Shown in pieces: positions 12,074-25,100 of a stretch of 64,000 nt of DNA. Under the pieces are notes generated by a model that was not told the origin of the DNA, did not search any database, and saw nothing but the letters and a program-made list of their open reading frames with translations. The DNA comes from Hyphochytrium catenoides (lineage: Eukaryota > Protista > Hyphochytriomycota): assembly GCA_900088475.1 (NCBI GenBank), contig FLMG01000116.1, positions 1 to 64,000 of the forward strand. Reading direction: 5' to 3'. The position numbers were made by a program, and so were the translations under genes. How positions within the stretch are numbered: position 1 is the stretch's first letter; each line of letters opens with the position of its first letter.

Positions 12074-14667
12074 ATGCAGGCAGGATCAAGGATTTTAGTT
12101 CGGTAAGGACAAGTTGATCGTTAGCAACCAGTGTAAGGTAACGCACCGGCCTCATGTCGCATACGGATTGCTACATACAGAAGCCGGCTGTTGGCAAGAG
12201 CACCGCAGACTTTGGCTTTAAATACACGAAGCTTCGGTTCGACAAGGGTCCTAGGTGCATCTCACTCACAGGACGATTTACCGATAAATCTGGTGAGCAC
12301 TCTAGTCTGCTCTTGACCTCCATTTTTGTAGATTGCCTTGGTGCTGGTACTTCCCTGTTATTTCTCGCTGATAGTCAGCCCCTAGGGCAATCATTCCTTC
12401 TTATCAAGCTGTGTCTTTGTCTTCTCGGTGCCATAGGGCGTCCTTGTTGTTCCTCAGCAGAGGGCATGGGTAGTGGAGCGTTTCGGCAAGTTCCATCAAG
12501 TCTTAGAGCCTGGACTTCATTTTCTCGTCCCAGTGGTGGATCGTATCGCATACGTTCACTCTTTAAAGGAAGAAGCCATCCCAATCCCTAATCAGACGGC
12601 GATCACTCGTGATAACGTCACAATTAGCATTGACGGGGTCCTGTACCTGAAGATTGTCAATCCCTACGATGCCAGTTATGGGGTAAGCTCCACTTTCATT
12701 GCACTAGAGAGTGACGAAAGACAGGAGCACGTTATTGAGCTAGAAGGCTAGGGGAGGGGAGAGTCACGCTTCTTTACAGCCGAGTCGCAAGCTTAATAGA
12801 AAGGACAGGATGGCCAAGGAGAGGTTGTTAACACAACAGGAAGACAAGACCCCGCGCTTGAGAGAAAGACTCTGCGCTTTTGAACTAGAGAAAGAGATGC
12901 TTGGCCAGGCGTTATTGGACGGGATGGCTGTGATCAGTGCGTAGATGGAGGAGAAACTTGAACGGTCCGGCGGTGATAAGGACGATTGTCCGTAGGTGTC
13001 GGACGAACCACCAACAGCTCCATTTGCCCTTTACATGTAGGTTGAAGATGCGGTCTACGCCGTTACTCAACTTGCTCAAACCACAATGCGTTCGGAGCTG
13101 GGCAAGATCACGTTGGACAAGACCTTTGAAGAGCGCGAGTCTCTGAATGCTAATATAGTGGAAGCTATCAATCAGGCATCAGGAGCCTGGGGAATTCGGT
13201 GTCTACGCTATGAGATTCGTAAGGAACTCCTTTCCCGCTTTCGTTTATGGAATCTTACTGGCTACGTATTATGACGGGAGAAGGCTTCCTGCTCTCTTTA
13301 GCTCTCCCCTAAGATGAACTCCTCAGGTTGCTTGCTAGTGTTATCAGCCTAACAGCTTTCCTTTATCATCTGCTTCTGTGGTCCTTGTCGACGTCAGGCG
13401 ATATCTCTCCCCCTAAAAGTGTCAGGGCTGCAATGGACTCGCAGGTAATGCATTGACCACTGTTGAAGGAGGACACTGAGGTCTGACGAAGACATACTGG
13501 AACTTTGACAGGCCGAGGCGGAGAGAAAGAAACGTGCAGAGATACTTGAGTCAGAGGGAGAAAGGCAGTCTTACATCAACGTTGCCGAGGTAAGAAAGAG
13601 ACCGCCCTCAGCAGCGAGCCTTTCGTTGCGGAAAGGGTTCAGGAACGAATAGGAGAATATCCTAAGCCATAAAACGCGAGTTTAGTAGCTCTGGGTCATG
13701 GGAGTACTGGGGCGAGTGAAAGGCTGTCAGGAGGGAGCCCAATCAGAATGAAACGCCAGAATTGACTTGAGACAAAATGGCTTTGTATGATGAGAACCTT
13801 GAAAAATGCGATCGTAGAGAGAGTCTGGTCAGTCTAACGTTTTTGATGCACTCTCGTTTAGGGTAAGAAACAAGCTGTGATTCTCCAGGCGCAGGGAGAA
13901 GCAGAAGGAATAATTGCAAGGGCGAAGGCCACCTCGGCGGGTGTCAAAATGTTAGCTCAAGCTACTCGCACTGCGGGAGGAAGCGACGCTGTCTCGCTCA
14001 GGGTGGCAGAACAGTATGTAGAGGCGTTTAAAGAGCTTGCCAAGAAGAACAACACTATTCTACTCCCAGGTAAGGCCCCTTCCTTTAGCAAACCGCTTTG
14101 TTCACGATGTGTCGTCTTCCTTCTTTCAGTCATTATAAGCATCTTATAACTGTCCAGGGATAACTTTGTGCTCTGGCCGGGATCGAGTTGTTCCCATAGG
14201 TCATTCTTCCGTAGCCCGATATGTTACCTTTGATTCAAATTCTCTATTTCTTGGCTGCCTGTATCTCTACACTCTTTCATCCGTACCAATCTTCCATCCC
14301 ACTCTGCTCCCCCACCCATATTCATCATGAAATGGCTCTCACGTACTAACTTTGGCTCTGTCATTCTTCTCCACCAGCGGCGGTAAATGACCCAGCGTCC
14401 ATGATCGCTTCTGCTATGGCTATATATGACAATGTAAAGGACAACAAAGCCAGAGCTAGTCGTGATGAGGAAGTAGAAGACTCGGGCTCCTTTAGTCCGC
14501 TGAGCACCGGAGCCAACAGTGATGATATGGGCGACACACACATGGATTGGCAGGATTTGACGTGGGAGGAGGATGAGAGCCAAAGCAGGGCTGGAAAGGA
14601 AGCTAAGTCCTTCATGAACAATCCAGAGGGCCAGGAACATAGGTCAAGAGATGATAATAAGCCGTGA
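12074..14667 (+). CDS. STOML2: Stomatin-like protein 2, mitochondrial (SPFH/Band 7)
   Basis: Spliced: transit-like N-terminus; VVPQQRAWVVERFGKF…AITRDNVTISIDGVLY…AQTTMRSELGKITLDKTFEER…CLRYEIRDI…AVSLRVAEQYVEAFKELAK. Confidence 0.93.
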
Positions 14668-14856
14668 GAGGAATATGAGCTTTACGAGGAAGGAGGGGTG
14701 AAGGAGGGGGGCCATTGCTCTCAGGGGGCCAGTGCTGACACAGCTTCTGTCATAGGCGTTAGGGGTATATTGATCCCCTGTCACTGCGTGAAGGACTGTC
14801 TTCCATTAACATTTGGTCAATATCGTACAACAGAAACATCTGGATAATAGGCTCGT

Positions 14857-16603
14857 TTACTTCTCCTCCGCCCAGTAATCAATAATGTCCAGAGCAACCT
14901 CACAGCTTTCCTTGACGACCAGCTCTGCATCATCCTTGTACCTTTTGAAACAGGAGAAAGAGAGCAAATATGCCGATGTATTGTCAGCTTCTGATGCTTG
15001 ATTGATTGAGAAGGCGACATTGGTTGCGTACTTTTCAAGGACATTTTCGCATTCCGGAGTCCCAATGGCTCCCAGAGCCTCAGCAGCCTCATGTCGCACC
15101 ATACGATGCTCTTCGCTATCTTCAAGAACCTAATAGGAAGATCGTTAGATGACTCAGGCCCCATCGTACTCCATAGCGGCCGCATCTTACCTTGATTAGG
15201 CTCGGGACAGAAGCAGGATGCATCATCTGGCCGAAGACGTAAGCTACCTCGTGTCTGAAGAGAGCACTTTTATCTGAGAAACCCTCCGCCAGCGCCTGAC
15301 GTTTGTGAAAGAAAAGGATAAGCAACGACTGAGACGGCACGATAAGCAATCACGAAGTCCGAGTCCTACCAGAACATCCTGGTCCGAACCGCGGTTGCGC
15401 AGTGAGAACATGGCTCGGTAGCGGTCAAAGAGGGGCTTGGAGGTGTCCAGCAGAATGTCCTTGAGCTCGTTGGTCGTCAGCTCCGCCTTCAACGCTACTG
15501 GAGGTGCTGGGTCTACTGAATAGTATTTACTCTTCTCAATCAGGCCACTTCCCTCTTCTTCAGCTTTCTGCCGGTGATAAGAAGAGAAGACCATCTCAGT
15601 TTGTGGGGAGAGTCATGGTTTAAGACAGCAAGATATCAGAAGCCAAGGACTTTCGGTGCGTGGTGTTTGGTGGTGAGCAAGACGGCCGAGACTTTGAGAA
15701 GGAGGGTAACAATCGGGTACTCGATGGCCGGAGAGGAACGTGAAACTCCACGCGAGCGACAAGAAGTAAGAAGATGGAACATTAGTCGTACCTGAGTCTG
15801 GCACCACTTCACTCTATCCAGAGCTATCTCACAAGTCTCACTCACTTCAGGGGCAGGATCTGCACAGAACTCCTTCAAGGGGCTCAGAGCCTTATCTGAG
15901 CCAATGGCGCCAAGGGCCTCTGCGGCCTGGAAGAACAGAGTCAGAGGGCTAGGCTGCCTAACAAGATGAAAAAGAGACCGTCTGGGAGACGAAACAAGCA
16001 ATGTGTAGAAGAGCTTCAAGTTCAGGCATTCTGGAAGAGAGGGACTGACACAGCGAAATGATGATCCTCTAATGAAAATTAAGGTCATTAGGAGGTCAGA
16101 GAACCACAGCAAACTCATGTCAGGAGATGAAAGTCACAATAGAGCCTGGCGAGGAAGGGATAAGAAAGACAGAGACAAGAGGACATGAATTTGTCCGGTA
16201 ACCCAATCCAAACGTACAACTTTGAGAGAAATGCTGGCACATACGGGAGCAAAAGTTTACCTCGTGCCTAACCATTACATCGTCACCCACATCCCTCAGC
16301 ACTGACTCTAGAACGGGACATGCTGACTCCTGACCTAGCTGTCCTAACACATAGGCCAACTCATGCCGCATCAACGCGGAGTCCGCCTTATTTTGGAGCG
16401 CTGCGATGAAGTCTTTAGCCAGAAGTAAGCGGAAGACAATAGAAGATAGAGATGGTTTTCGAACCTTTCGCGATGATCTCTACAGCTTCTTCACCCCCTT
16501 TTGTCCTCAAGTAAAAGACGGCACGCGTCCGCTTCCCGATGGGCTCACTGAGGTCGAGGAGGCATCTGCCCAACTTCTCATAGCTCAAGTCCTCGACCTT
16601 CAT
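14857..16603 (-). CDS. DOHH: Deoxyhypusine hydroxylase
   Basis: HEAT repeats with four HE motifs ([44 protein letters not shown]), SVDPAPP linker, C-terminal [10 protein letters not shown]. Confidence 0.95.
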
Positions 16604-16879
16604 CCTCCTAGTGGCAGATAGAGTACGACGTAGCTGGCTTATCGAGTGCTTCAGGCGACGTCAGTCCCACACAAAGAATTCCAGCCGCTCAATCAAAGAG
16701 CTGTGAGGCTGCCTCAGCGCTAGCAGCCGGTAAATCGCTGTTGGAGGCGGAGCCAGGTGTGGGACGACCGTGGAAGCCCGAAGTTCCCGTTACTCTTCAC
16801 CTACAGATGATGGGAGGACCAGTGCCTGTGTCTCAATAATGCAACCACTTCTCATGCCAACGCTGTCGTGACAAGCTTC

Positions 16880-17590
16880 ATAGTCTCTCCCTTTCCTGTG
16901 TCTCTCTTTCCTTTGTCTCTCTTCCTCTTCCTCTCTCGCTTCTCTCTCTCTCTTTCTCTCTTCTTTCTCTCTTTCTCTCTCTTCTCTTTTATGACCTTTC
17001 ATAGTAATTTGAGAACTCTTTCTTTGTCCTTTGCTAGGGCCAGTCCTTTCTGTCTCGTTCAGAAGTTCATCTACCTGATCAGGTCTCATTGATGGAGTAC
17101 AACGCACATGCCATCATTCTAAACCAACATAGCAATATCTAGAAAACACACTTCATTTCTATCCTTTATCCTTGATCAGGTTTGTGTGTTCGTCGCATCT
17201 TTGCGTTGTATGTCGCCATCAGAACCTCTGTCAATTGTCATTCAGCAGCCATCACCACCCATCAAAGGCAAACCACAGGAAACCTTCAAACCTTTCTGCA
17301 CTTGCAAGTTTCTCCGAGTCTTTATTACAAGACAAGGCAATAATCTATAAGAGAATTTAATCTCTGAATCTTTCACTGCGGACTCGACTGTGGGAATTTG
17401 AGATATAGGGATGGGTTTTGTATTGGTTGGTGAGAGGACAGAGAGCACATGCATTCTGTCTTTCTCTCTTTCTCTCTCTCTCTTTGTCTCTCTCCTTGAC
17501 TTATCCCCGCTATCCCCTCTTTGCAATCATCTCTCTTTCTCTCTCTGTTTCTCTCTCTATCTCTCTGTCTCTCTTCCTCTGCTCTCACTC
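16880..17590. repeat. (CT)n-rich low-complexity tracts in the divergent DOHH/ATAD3 intergenic region
   Basis: CT runs at about 16900-16990 and 17455-17590. Confidence 0.85.
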
Positions 17591-17815
17591 TATTGCAGCC
17601 CGCAGCCACATCGCGTCTTAGTGACGCCCACACCTGTCGCTTCAAGAATCATCAGAGCCTCAGAGATCTGCAGCTTGTCACGGATGCCCCAGACTGCACA
17701 GTGATAGTCCCGACTCCGTGATTAGAAGACTCCGGTTCAGAGAACTCTCCGACCAGACATCAAGCAGAGATCGTAGATTCGCCTCGTTAGAGATTGTAAC
17801 AACCCAAGCAGAAAG

Positions 17816-19570
17816 ATGAATTTTGGCTTCGGTCGTGCAAAGGAGCCGTCCCAAGCTCCTACTGGCGGGTCCGATGCTGCTCCGCCTCCTCCTCCGCCAC
17901 CGCCTGAGAAAAAGAGCGGCGGCTCACCATGGCACAATTTTGACCCTTCTGGTCTGGAGCGGGCAGCCAAAGCAGCCAGAGAGCTCGACCAGTCTCGCAA
18001 CGCTAAGGCTGCTGCGGATATTGCCTTAGAACAGGAGCGGTCCAAGCAGATTGAGTACCAAGCGAAAGTGAAGGAACAGGAAGCTGCTTACGAAGCTTAC
18101 AAAGCACAGAGGGTGCAGAAAGAATATGAGGAAAAGCGAAAGACTATAGATTATGAGACGCAGCAGCACCAGCAGCGCGCTCGTTACCAAGATGAACTCA
18201 AGCGCAAGCAATATGCTGACCAGCTAGCAGCGCAAAAATACATGAAGGAGCAGGAACTGAAGAAGCAGGAAGAGATGATCGCCAGACAAGAAGCCCTCCG
18301 ACGCAAGACTTTGGATCATGAAGCTGAGCTCAGGCAGCGTACTGAGATGGCCAGAGTTGCAGCCGAGACAGAGGGTCGCATCAAACAGGAACGGATGAAC
18401 CACGATCTTCACCTTGAGCAAGCCCGTCTGAGAGCTAAGGAACAGCGTGAGACCGTGCTCGAGTCCATCAGACTCATGGGTCAAACGGTAGGCAAAGGCG
18501 TTGATGAATTTTTAGGTGATAGTCAGAAGATGACTTCCGCGGTTGCGACTGTCACCTTTGTTGCCCTCGGTATTTATGCTGCCAAAGTGGGAACGAACGT
18601 GACCGGTCGGTACATTGAAGCTCGTCTAGGGAAGCCGTCTCTGGTGAGGGAGACTTCCCGCCGCAATATGCTCCAGACTCTTGGCAACCCAGTCCCAGCC
18701 ATCAAGCGGATGTTTGCGAAGGCTGATGATGCCCTGCAGGGCGTAGTGTTGGCTTCAGACATCAACCATAAGCTCCAAGTTATTGCTCGTTCAACATTCA
18801 ATACCAAGAAGAACCGGGCACCGTTCAGAAACGTTCTATTTTATGGTCCTCCTGGTACCGGAAAAACACTTTTCGCCAAGCGTCTGGCGAAGCACTCAGG
18901 CCTAGAGTACGCTGTACTTACCGGTGGAGATGTGGCGCCACTGGGCAGACAAGGCGTCACAGAGATCCATAAGCTCTTCGACTGGGCGGAGTCTAGTCGT
19001 CGTGGCCTCCTACTGTTTGTAGATGAGGCTGATGCATTTCTGCAAAAGAGAAGCAATCAGACCATGAGCGAGGACCTGCGAAACGCTCTCAACGCTTTTC
19101 TTTTCCGGACAGGAGAAGCAAGCAACAAATTTATGGTTGTCTTCGCGACAAATGAGCCTGAGCAGTTTGACTGGGCCATCAATGATAGAATTGACGAGAT
19201 GGTTGCATTCAGAGTCCCAGGTCTTGATGAAAGAATCCGGATGCTCGGCATGTACTTCGAGAAGTATGTTCTAACGCCACCTACTAGGTGGTCTAAGAAG
19301 ATTATAGTTGATTCAGAGATCAACATGGAGAAGTTGCAAACTGTGGCGGAGAAGCTTGAAGGGTTTTCTGGTAGAGAGATCTCCAAGCTAGCTATTGCCC
19401 TGCAGGCTGAGGCCTACGGTTCTAGTGACGCAAGACTGACTGAGGAGATGCTGGACTCTGTCGTGGCAGATCATATGCGTCAGCACGAACAGAAGCAGAT
19501 CTGGTACAAGGCTGACCATGTGGGTCACGAACACATGCACAAGCCTGATGCCATGAAACTCGTCACCTAA
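17816..19570 (+). CDS. ATAD3: ATPase family AAA domain-containing protein 3 (mitochondrial), single exon
   Basis: FDPSGLERAAKAARELD, coiled coil, TM segment, LGKPSLVRETSR, GPPGTGKT, LLFVDEADAFL. Confidence 0.96.
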   Translation: MNFGFGRAKEPSQAPTGGSDAAPPPPPPPPEKKSGGSPWHNFDPSGLERAAKAARELDQSRNAKAAADIALEQERSKQIEYQAKVKEQEAAYEAYKAQRVQKEYEEKRKTIDYETQQHQQRARYQDELKRKQYADQLAAQKYMKEQELKKQEEMIARQEALRRKTLDHEAELRQRTEMARVAAETEGRIKQERMNHDLHLEQARLRAKEQRETVLESIRLMGQTVGKGVDEFLGDSQKMTSAVATVTFVALGIYAAKVGTNVTGRYIEARLGKPSLVRETSRRNMLQTLGNPVPAIKRMFAKADDALQGVVLASDINHKLQVIARSTFNTKKNRAPFRNVLFYGPPGTGKTLFAKRLAKHSGLEYAVLTGGDVAPLGRQGVTEIHKLFDWAESSRRGLLLFVDEADAFLQKRSNQTMSEDLRNALNAFLFRTGEASNKFMVVFATNEPEQFDWAINDRIDEMVAFRVPGLDERIRMLGMYFEKYVLTPPTRWSKKIIVDSEINMEKLQTVAEKLEGFSGREISKLAIALQAEAYGSSDARLTEEMLDSVVADHMRQHEQKQIWYKADHVGHEHMHKPDAMKLVT

Positions 19571-20396
19571 TGAGAGGAATACAGCCAGGTGCAGAAAAGA
19601 GAAAATAGGTGAGCGGCACTGGTTCCACGCAATCCGTCGAAAGCTGTCTGCAGGGGCACCTCGCTCAAACATCAGTCTTCGATAATCTCGAGACTACAGA
19701 GCAGCTTCTGCTCTTATCAAGATGGTGTGCTTATGATTCCGGTGGTCTAGGTTGGGAGGGCACGTCCCGACCTTCACGTTGCAGATCGCATTGTGCCCAC
19801 CTGAGTAGCGGGCGAAGGCTGTTAGGTCCTTAAACCTTAACTCATAGTAACCTGGTACAGCGGGCACTAATAAATGCACCTCCTGAAGTTATAAAACTAT
19901 ATATAAGTGCGATAAGGCTAGCAGTTACGCTGTATCCTGCTTGTCACAGGGAGGGGCGCATATGATCGAGGCTTCCGAGCGCTAGATATTAGGCAGTTAC
20001 CTCGCCGCCTCCTTGCTACTATGTACCTATGCCACCAGACTGAACAGACTTGAGACTACCACACACGTTAAGCTCAACGAAGAGTCTTCCTTACGTTCAG
20101 CTAGCCACTCCTCTCCTTCAAGGGCCACTGTTCCACCTCTTTTGGCACCAAATAAAGAAAGGTTAATGAATAACAGTTCAAGGCAACAGATGAAGCCACG
20201 GGATGCGAAGCCCTCAGCTATAGAGTTTCTGGCTGTACGAGATCCCGGCGCTAGATGTCATCAGAGGCACTTCGGGTCCTTCACATTCGCTGGACATTGC
20301 AAGAGGGAGTATGAAACACATAGGTTGAGATCGCGTCCTTTATTGCAAACGGGCTTACTAGGTGCTACGAAGAGTGATACAGGAGTACTCAGCAAA

Positions 20397-21190
20397 TTAG
20401 AAGCGGAGCTTCTTGAAGAAGTACTGTACGCCACTGGCCTTCTTCTCGGATTTAGTGGCGGTCTGGTTCAGGTAGCTGCATCAAGGAAGAGATTGTGGGA
20501 TTAGGAAAAGATAGGCACTCTCGAGCTAATAACTGGCTATAAGGAAAACCTACCGGTCCTCGAAAACCTTCTTGATCTTGGCACGAGTCTCCTTTCTGGT
20601 CTCTGGAGCGGTAAGAGCCGCGTCATCGACCACCTTCTTGAGGTCGATGTCCACAGCGTATCTGGTGGGCATCAGGTGGTTGTAGTTGACCGACTTAATG
20701 AAGGGCTTAACCTTTGAGCGCTTCTTGATCTTGTTCTTGCCCATGCTGCGGGTCACCTGGCGAGGGTATCTGTCGATGCCAGCCACTGCATTGAGAAGAA
20801 GACGGAAGAGTGAATATCGACCATTGCGTACTCTCCACCTAACTGAGATGTAACACTCTTACCAATAGCGTGGCCAAACTTCCTCTCGCTGTTTCCCTCA
20901 TCATAGGTCTTGATTACGACAGCCTTGCGGCCGGCGAATCTGCCCTGAAGGACGATGACAACCTTTCCACTCTTGATGCTGGGAAGTGAGACAGTATTAG
21001 AAAACGTACATGTGTAATTTGAAGCTCAATGACCGAGACATTAGCATTCGACAGCCACCACAACAAGCTACAGAGGCCTCTATGTAGCATCTACAACTGT
21101 CTTGCTCTGACAGCTAGACAGCTTGTGAAAGCTCTCTCTCTCTATACCCCGACATCTCTAAGAATGTAGAGGCCAAACTTACATGCCCAT
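20397..21190 (-). CDS. RPL27: 60S ribosomal protein L27 (eL27), 4 exons
   Basis: MGIIKSGKVVIVLQGRFAGRKAV…AGIDRYP…VNYNHLMPTRY…YFFKKLRF*. Confidence 0.97.
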
Positions 21191-22277
21191 GGTTGCTGAG
21201 TGGCTCCGATCTGCACGCGACAGAATATTTGTGACGCAGATCTCAGTGATAGCGAGAAAGAGACAGAGCTTCACGAAGGACAGCACCAGGAGCAGAACGC
21301 AATAACTCACTGGATGGCCGCCGCGAGTTGGCGCGAAACTACCGTTAACGGCTTTAGGTAGTATAGAAGCTAAGGACAAATATAGCCGGTAAGACACTCT
21401 CCCAACCAGTGGCTTCAGCCAATGACTTTGTCCTTGATGTACTGAAGGAAAAAACTAGTAAATTTGGTTACTTTAAGACAGATCTTTCCTCCATTAGTTC
21501 TTGGTTCTTCATAATCTGTGCTCTGAAGATCTGGGATCTGGGAAAGCTCTGGGTTTGGAGAATTTCTTCCCTCCGTTGCAGTCTTCAACACCAGCAGACG
21601 TCTGCAGAACAGTGTCTGCCTTACGTCTCTATTATTAGCATCCTGTAGAGAGAGGTTTATAGCAGGGGCCTCCATATCAAGCATATGGGATATTAACGGT
21701 AGTGAAATGAGACTTGAATGCTAGGGAGGTTCATGGCGAATGAAGGCGGCCCAAAGATAAATATACTACCAAGTTCTTGTACAGTGTCTTCGCGACCATG
21801 ACGGACGAGCGAAGTTCTATCAGAACAGATAGATTCAGTTTCTAATCTTCACGAAAGGGGAAGTTAGCCAAGGGCGGTGCACCGTTGGCGCTCAACCATC
21901 TATAGCCCGTGCTGCTGGAAGACAGCGAAATATGTATAACGGGCATGCCAAGAGCAAAGAAGTTGAGAGCGCGCAATAGTAGGAAAGGCCCTGGATTGTC
22001 TGTCTGGAGAGTGAGAGAGATGTTACTTATACATGCACCTAAGTGGTTGTGCATCAGTCTTATTAGCTTGTACCGAGCGGCCTAGGAATCGGATACGTCG
22101 CCTTCACAGCCAGCATAAGAGGTTAGACGGATTCTGGAGTTGACGCAGAGAAATCTCTACTTATTGACGAGTATCCGTCCGAGAGTCTGTCTTTTCCTGT
22201 CCCTCTAACTGCACGTCTTCTTCGGATTCACATACAGCGAGTCCGAGCGAGGAAGCTAAAGCAGAGCAGCAGTCTTA

Positions 22278-25069
22278 TTAGCAGCCCTTCGGGGGAAAGG
22301 GTATAATAGTGTAGGACCTGCGATAGTGAGGAGGATGGCGGAACCTGCAGTACCCTCTCTTCTGCATGGAAGTGCACCAGCCTTCCTCTGTGAATTCCAC
22401 GCAGTCTTCTATTACATTGCCTCCTCGGTCTTTGTCTTTGGCCCAACCGGCACTTTCGCTCTCAACAGTTATTCCTCGACCCCCACCGCTAACGCTACTT
22501 TTCTCCGGGTACTTCCTGACCTTTTCTTCTATTCGTGCACGTAAGCCGCTCCACTTAACGTGTCTACAGGGATACCTGAGTGTGCAGATATGGCACCGCG
22601 GGAACTGATTTGCCATCTCAACAAGGTTCATGGGAATCAGGGGTAGCGGCTGTGCAAAGTGCTGCAATTGAAGGAGAGATCCAAAGAGCAATACAACGAA
22701 GGTAAGAGAAGGTCATAGCTGAGGGCTTGGCGTCTTCCATCGCCTTTCTCTACCTCTAAAACAATATAAGATCTAAATAAACCTAACCTGGTACTTCTTG
22801 CTTTCCTCTCTCAACCCTTCCCGACCCAGGCGATGTTGGAATGTACCGCTACCCCGTCACACCGTTATCTCTTGATCCCTGCTTCCTTCTTATCGCTTCT
22901 CTCTACCTCCGCTCGTAGCCATCTCCAGGCGACTTATCATGTCCTATGAGGAGGCATACCTTCAACACATTCTCCAGCGAAAGGAACCAGTACTTTCGCC
23001 ACACTTCATACATTGTGTGTAGAACTAAGGAAAAGTCTTCTCCGCCATTGAGGAGAATCTGCTCCAGTCCCTCGCGGGTGTAACCGACCTAAACGCTGTA
23101 AGTCAGCTTAATAGGACAAAAAGGTACGGAGCCAGTATGTGCTTCAAAGACGGCAAGAGAGGGAGAGAGAGAGAGAGATGGGGGACCGTGATGGAAGAGT
23201 ACAGAAAGATCAGGCGAAAGGAAAGCCGCACTAACCCAGGAGTAATGAAGAAAGGGGAAGAGAAGCTCGACAAAACCTTCTCTTGCACACAGAACTCTAA
23301 AGCTCTTCGCACCCTGCTTTCTTCTCCCATGGCCTTCATCTCAAAGGCGTGGGCCATTTGCTAGAGGAAAGACACCAGTAGGACAGTTTCGTCAACTGAG
23401 ATAGACCAAGTCGAGAAAGAGGCAGACTTCCATTGTGGAGCTAAAGCCGCAAGCTCTAAAATGTACCTTCACTTTTGTTGCCACTTAATGCTTGCCGTCA
23501 CTACCACTCCGCTCACTTACTGACCAGTTTTCTCTTCCCTTCTCTCATTGACCTTTGGCTGCCCTCTCCTCGAAGCAACTCGTAACTCTTACCCGAATTG
23601 CGCTAAGAATGAGTTTGACATCATAGCATAGCATAATGAACTTCGTCTTCGGAATGTTAGCCTCAAGAAGCTTCCGAAGGAGCTGCTGGGAATGGGGGAC
23701 CAGTCTTGGGTATGGAGTTTGAGAGAAAAGGGTGGTAAAAGGGATGAGAGCGGCAGCACCGTCAAAGTCGTTGCCATGAGGGCAAAAGAAGGACCAAGTA
23801 AGAAGGACGACAGCAGTGCGAGCAATGCAGCCGCCAGGTGGTATTGGTACGGTGCAATGCAGTGCTGAACGATGAAGGCTAGGGATGGACAAGGAAGAAG
23901 CTACAACCGCATCCCATACGTAGTGGCTAGCGGGGATAGAGTGGGACTGATGTAAAGCGCACAGGAAGGGATGGAGTGTGCGTGGAGGCGAAGAGGAGAG
24001 AGTCACATACGATATTGCTCAGAACAGCCACGTTCAAGCAATAACTCCAGAAATAGTATTGCACGGTTCATCTTCTCACCTGCAGAGGCCGTCAATGATG
24101 ACCAGCTGCGTCGTCTGTTCTGGAGCTTGACCTTGTCCTTGCCCTTTCTTTGAAAGAAACTCTTCGAGACGCGGCGCCACTTCGCTTTGAAAAGAAATCC
24201 TAGGGAGCGCAATGAGGCTGCTTAGCTCTTCTACGTCTTTGCGTTCCTTTCTTCACTCTTTCCTTCTTTGATCCAAATCAGCTTCTCCTCTTCTCTTTCA
24301 TCTTCTCCCCCTTTCTCCCATCTCGCTCTTCTCCATGTCGCACTCTCTCTCTCTCTTCTGACTTTTCTGCTTCCTCCCTGAGGAGCGCTAGAGAATGGTT
24401 ATTTTCGAGGTGTAACACTTGTGTCGTCCATACTTTTCTTTATGCGGTATTGTCAAAGTCAGACAGTTTTCCTCCGGAAGGTTCAATTGACGCCGGATGC
24501 AAGCAGCAAGAGCAGACTTTCCAGTGCCTTTGGAGCCCTAAGACAGTGAGAAATAAGAGCACTTGAGACTCCGGGCTGAGGCAGAGTACGACAATGATGA
24601 AGAGGTGAAATGATTGAAAGTAGTAGTGGGATCGAGGGAAAGCGTTGTATAAAGGTGGAGAGAATGGAGGGAAAACACACGGAAATCCTGAGATGGGTAG
24701 CTGAAGGAGAAGCGGGGATGAGAACTAAAAGAGGCAAGCGACAGAGAAGCTTAGAGAGGATCAATGGAATGTGAGATCGAGGGAAGGACTTCACCTGGAG
24801 AAGGACGTAGTATTTGTATGGGTTCTCGCTCTGCTCAGAGTCAAAGGGTGGCTCCTCCGTGGTACTCCACGTCTTCACAACTTCCTCCAGCTGGGGACGA
24901 AGTTTATCCAAATCTTTAAATTGTGAGAGCTGTCGCGGCGCACCGACAGAGCCGAACAAAGATCCATAGAGCGTAGACATTGAAAACGAGGAGGAGGGAG
25001 GGGGGACAGAAGAGTGCCATAAGTGAGATGGATTGAGCCCTAATGAGAGTGTAAGATTAAGGCTAAAGA

Positions 25070-25100
<31 letters not shown>

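Noticed and set aside
16790-17721. Arg/Glu-rich and Ser/Leu-rich ORFs
   Set aside because: Translations of CT/GA microsatellites.
17816-19570. Intronless ATAD3 (and expansin) as evidence of retroposition or HGT
   Set aside because: Multi-kb exons also occur in native genes here (VPS13, SNF2, HAS1).
20980-21182. H/ACA snoRNA in RPL27 intron 1
   Set aside because: Hairpins and an ACA are present, but there is no ANANNA box and the pocket-to-ACA spacing is wrong.
21415-21684. Extra - strand exon/ORF between RPL27 and the RFC-like gene
   Set aside because: Has an acceptor-like site but no recognisable protein and no in-phase link I could establish.
24380-24480. Frameshifted TBC/RabGAP-like exon
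   Set aside because: Resolved as the Walker A exon plus intron of the RFC-like gene; no frameshift is needed.
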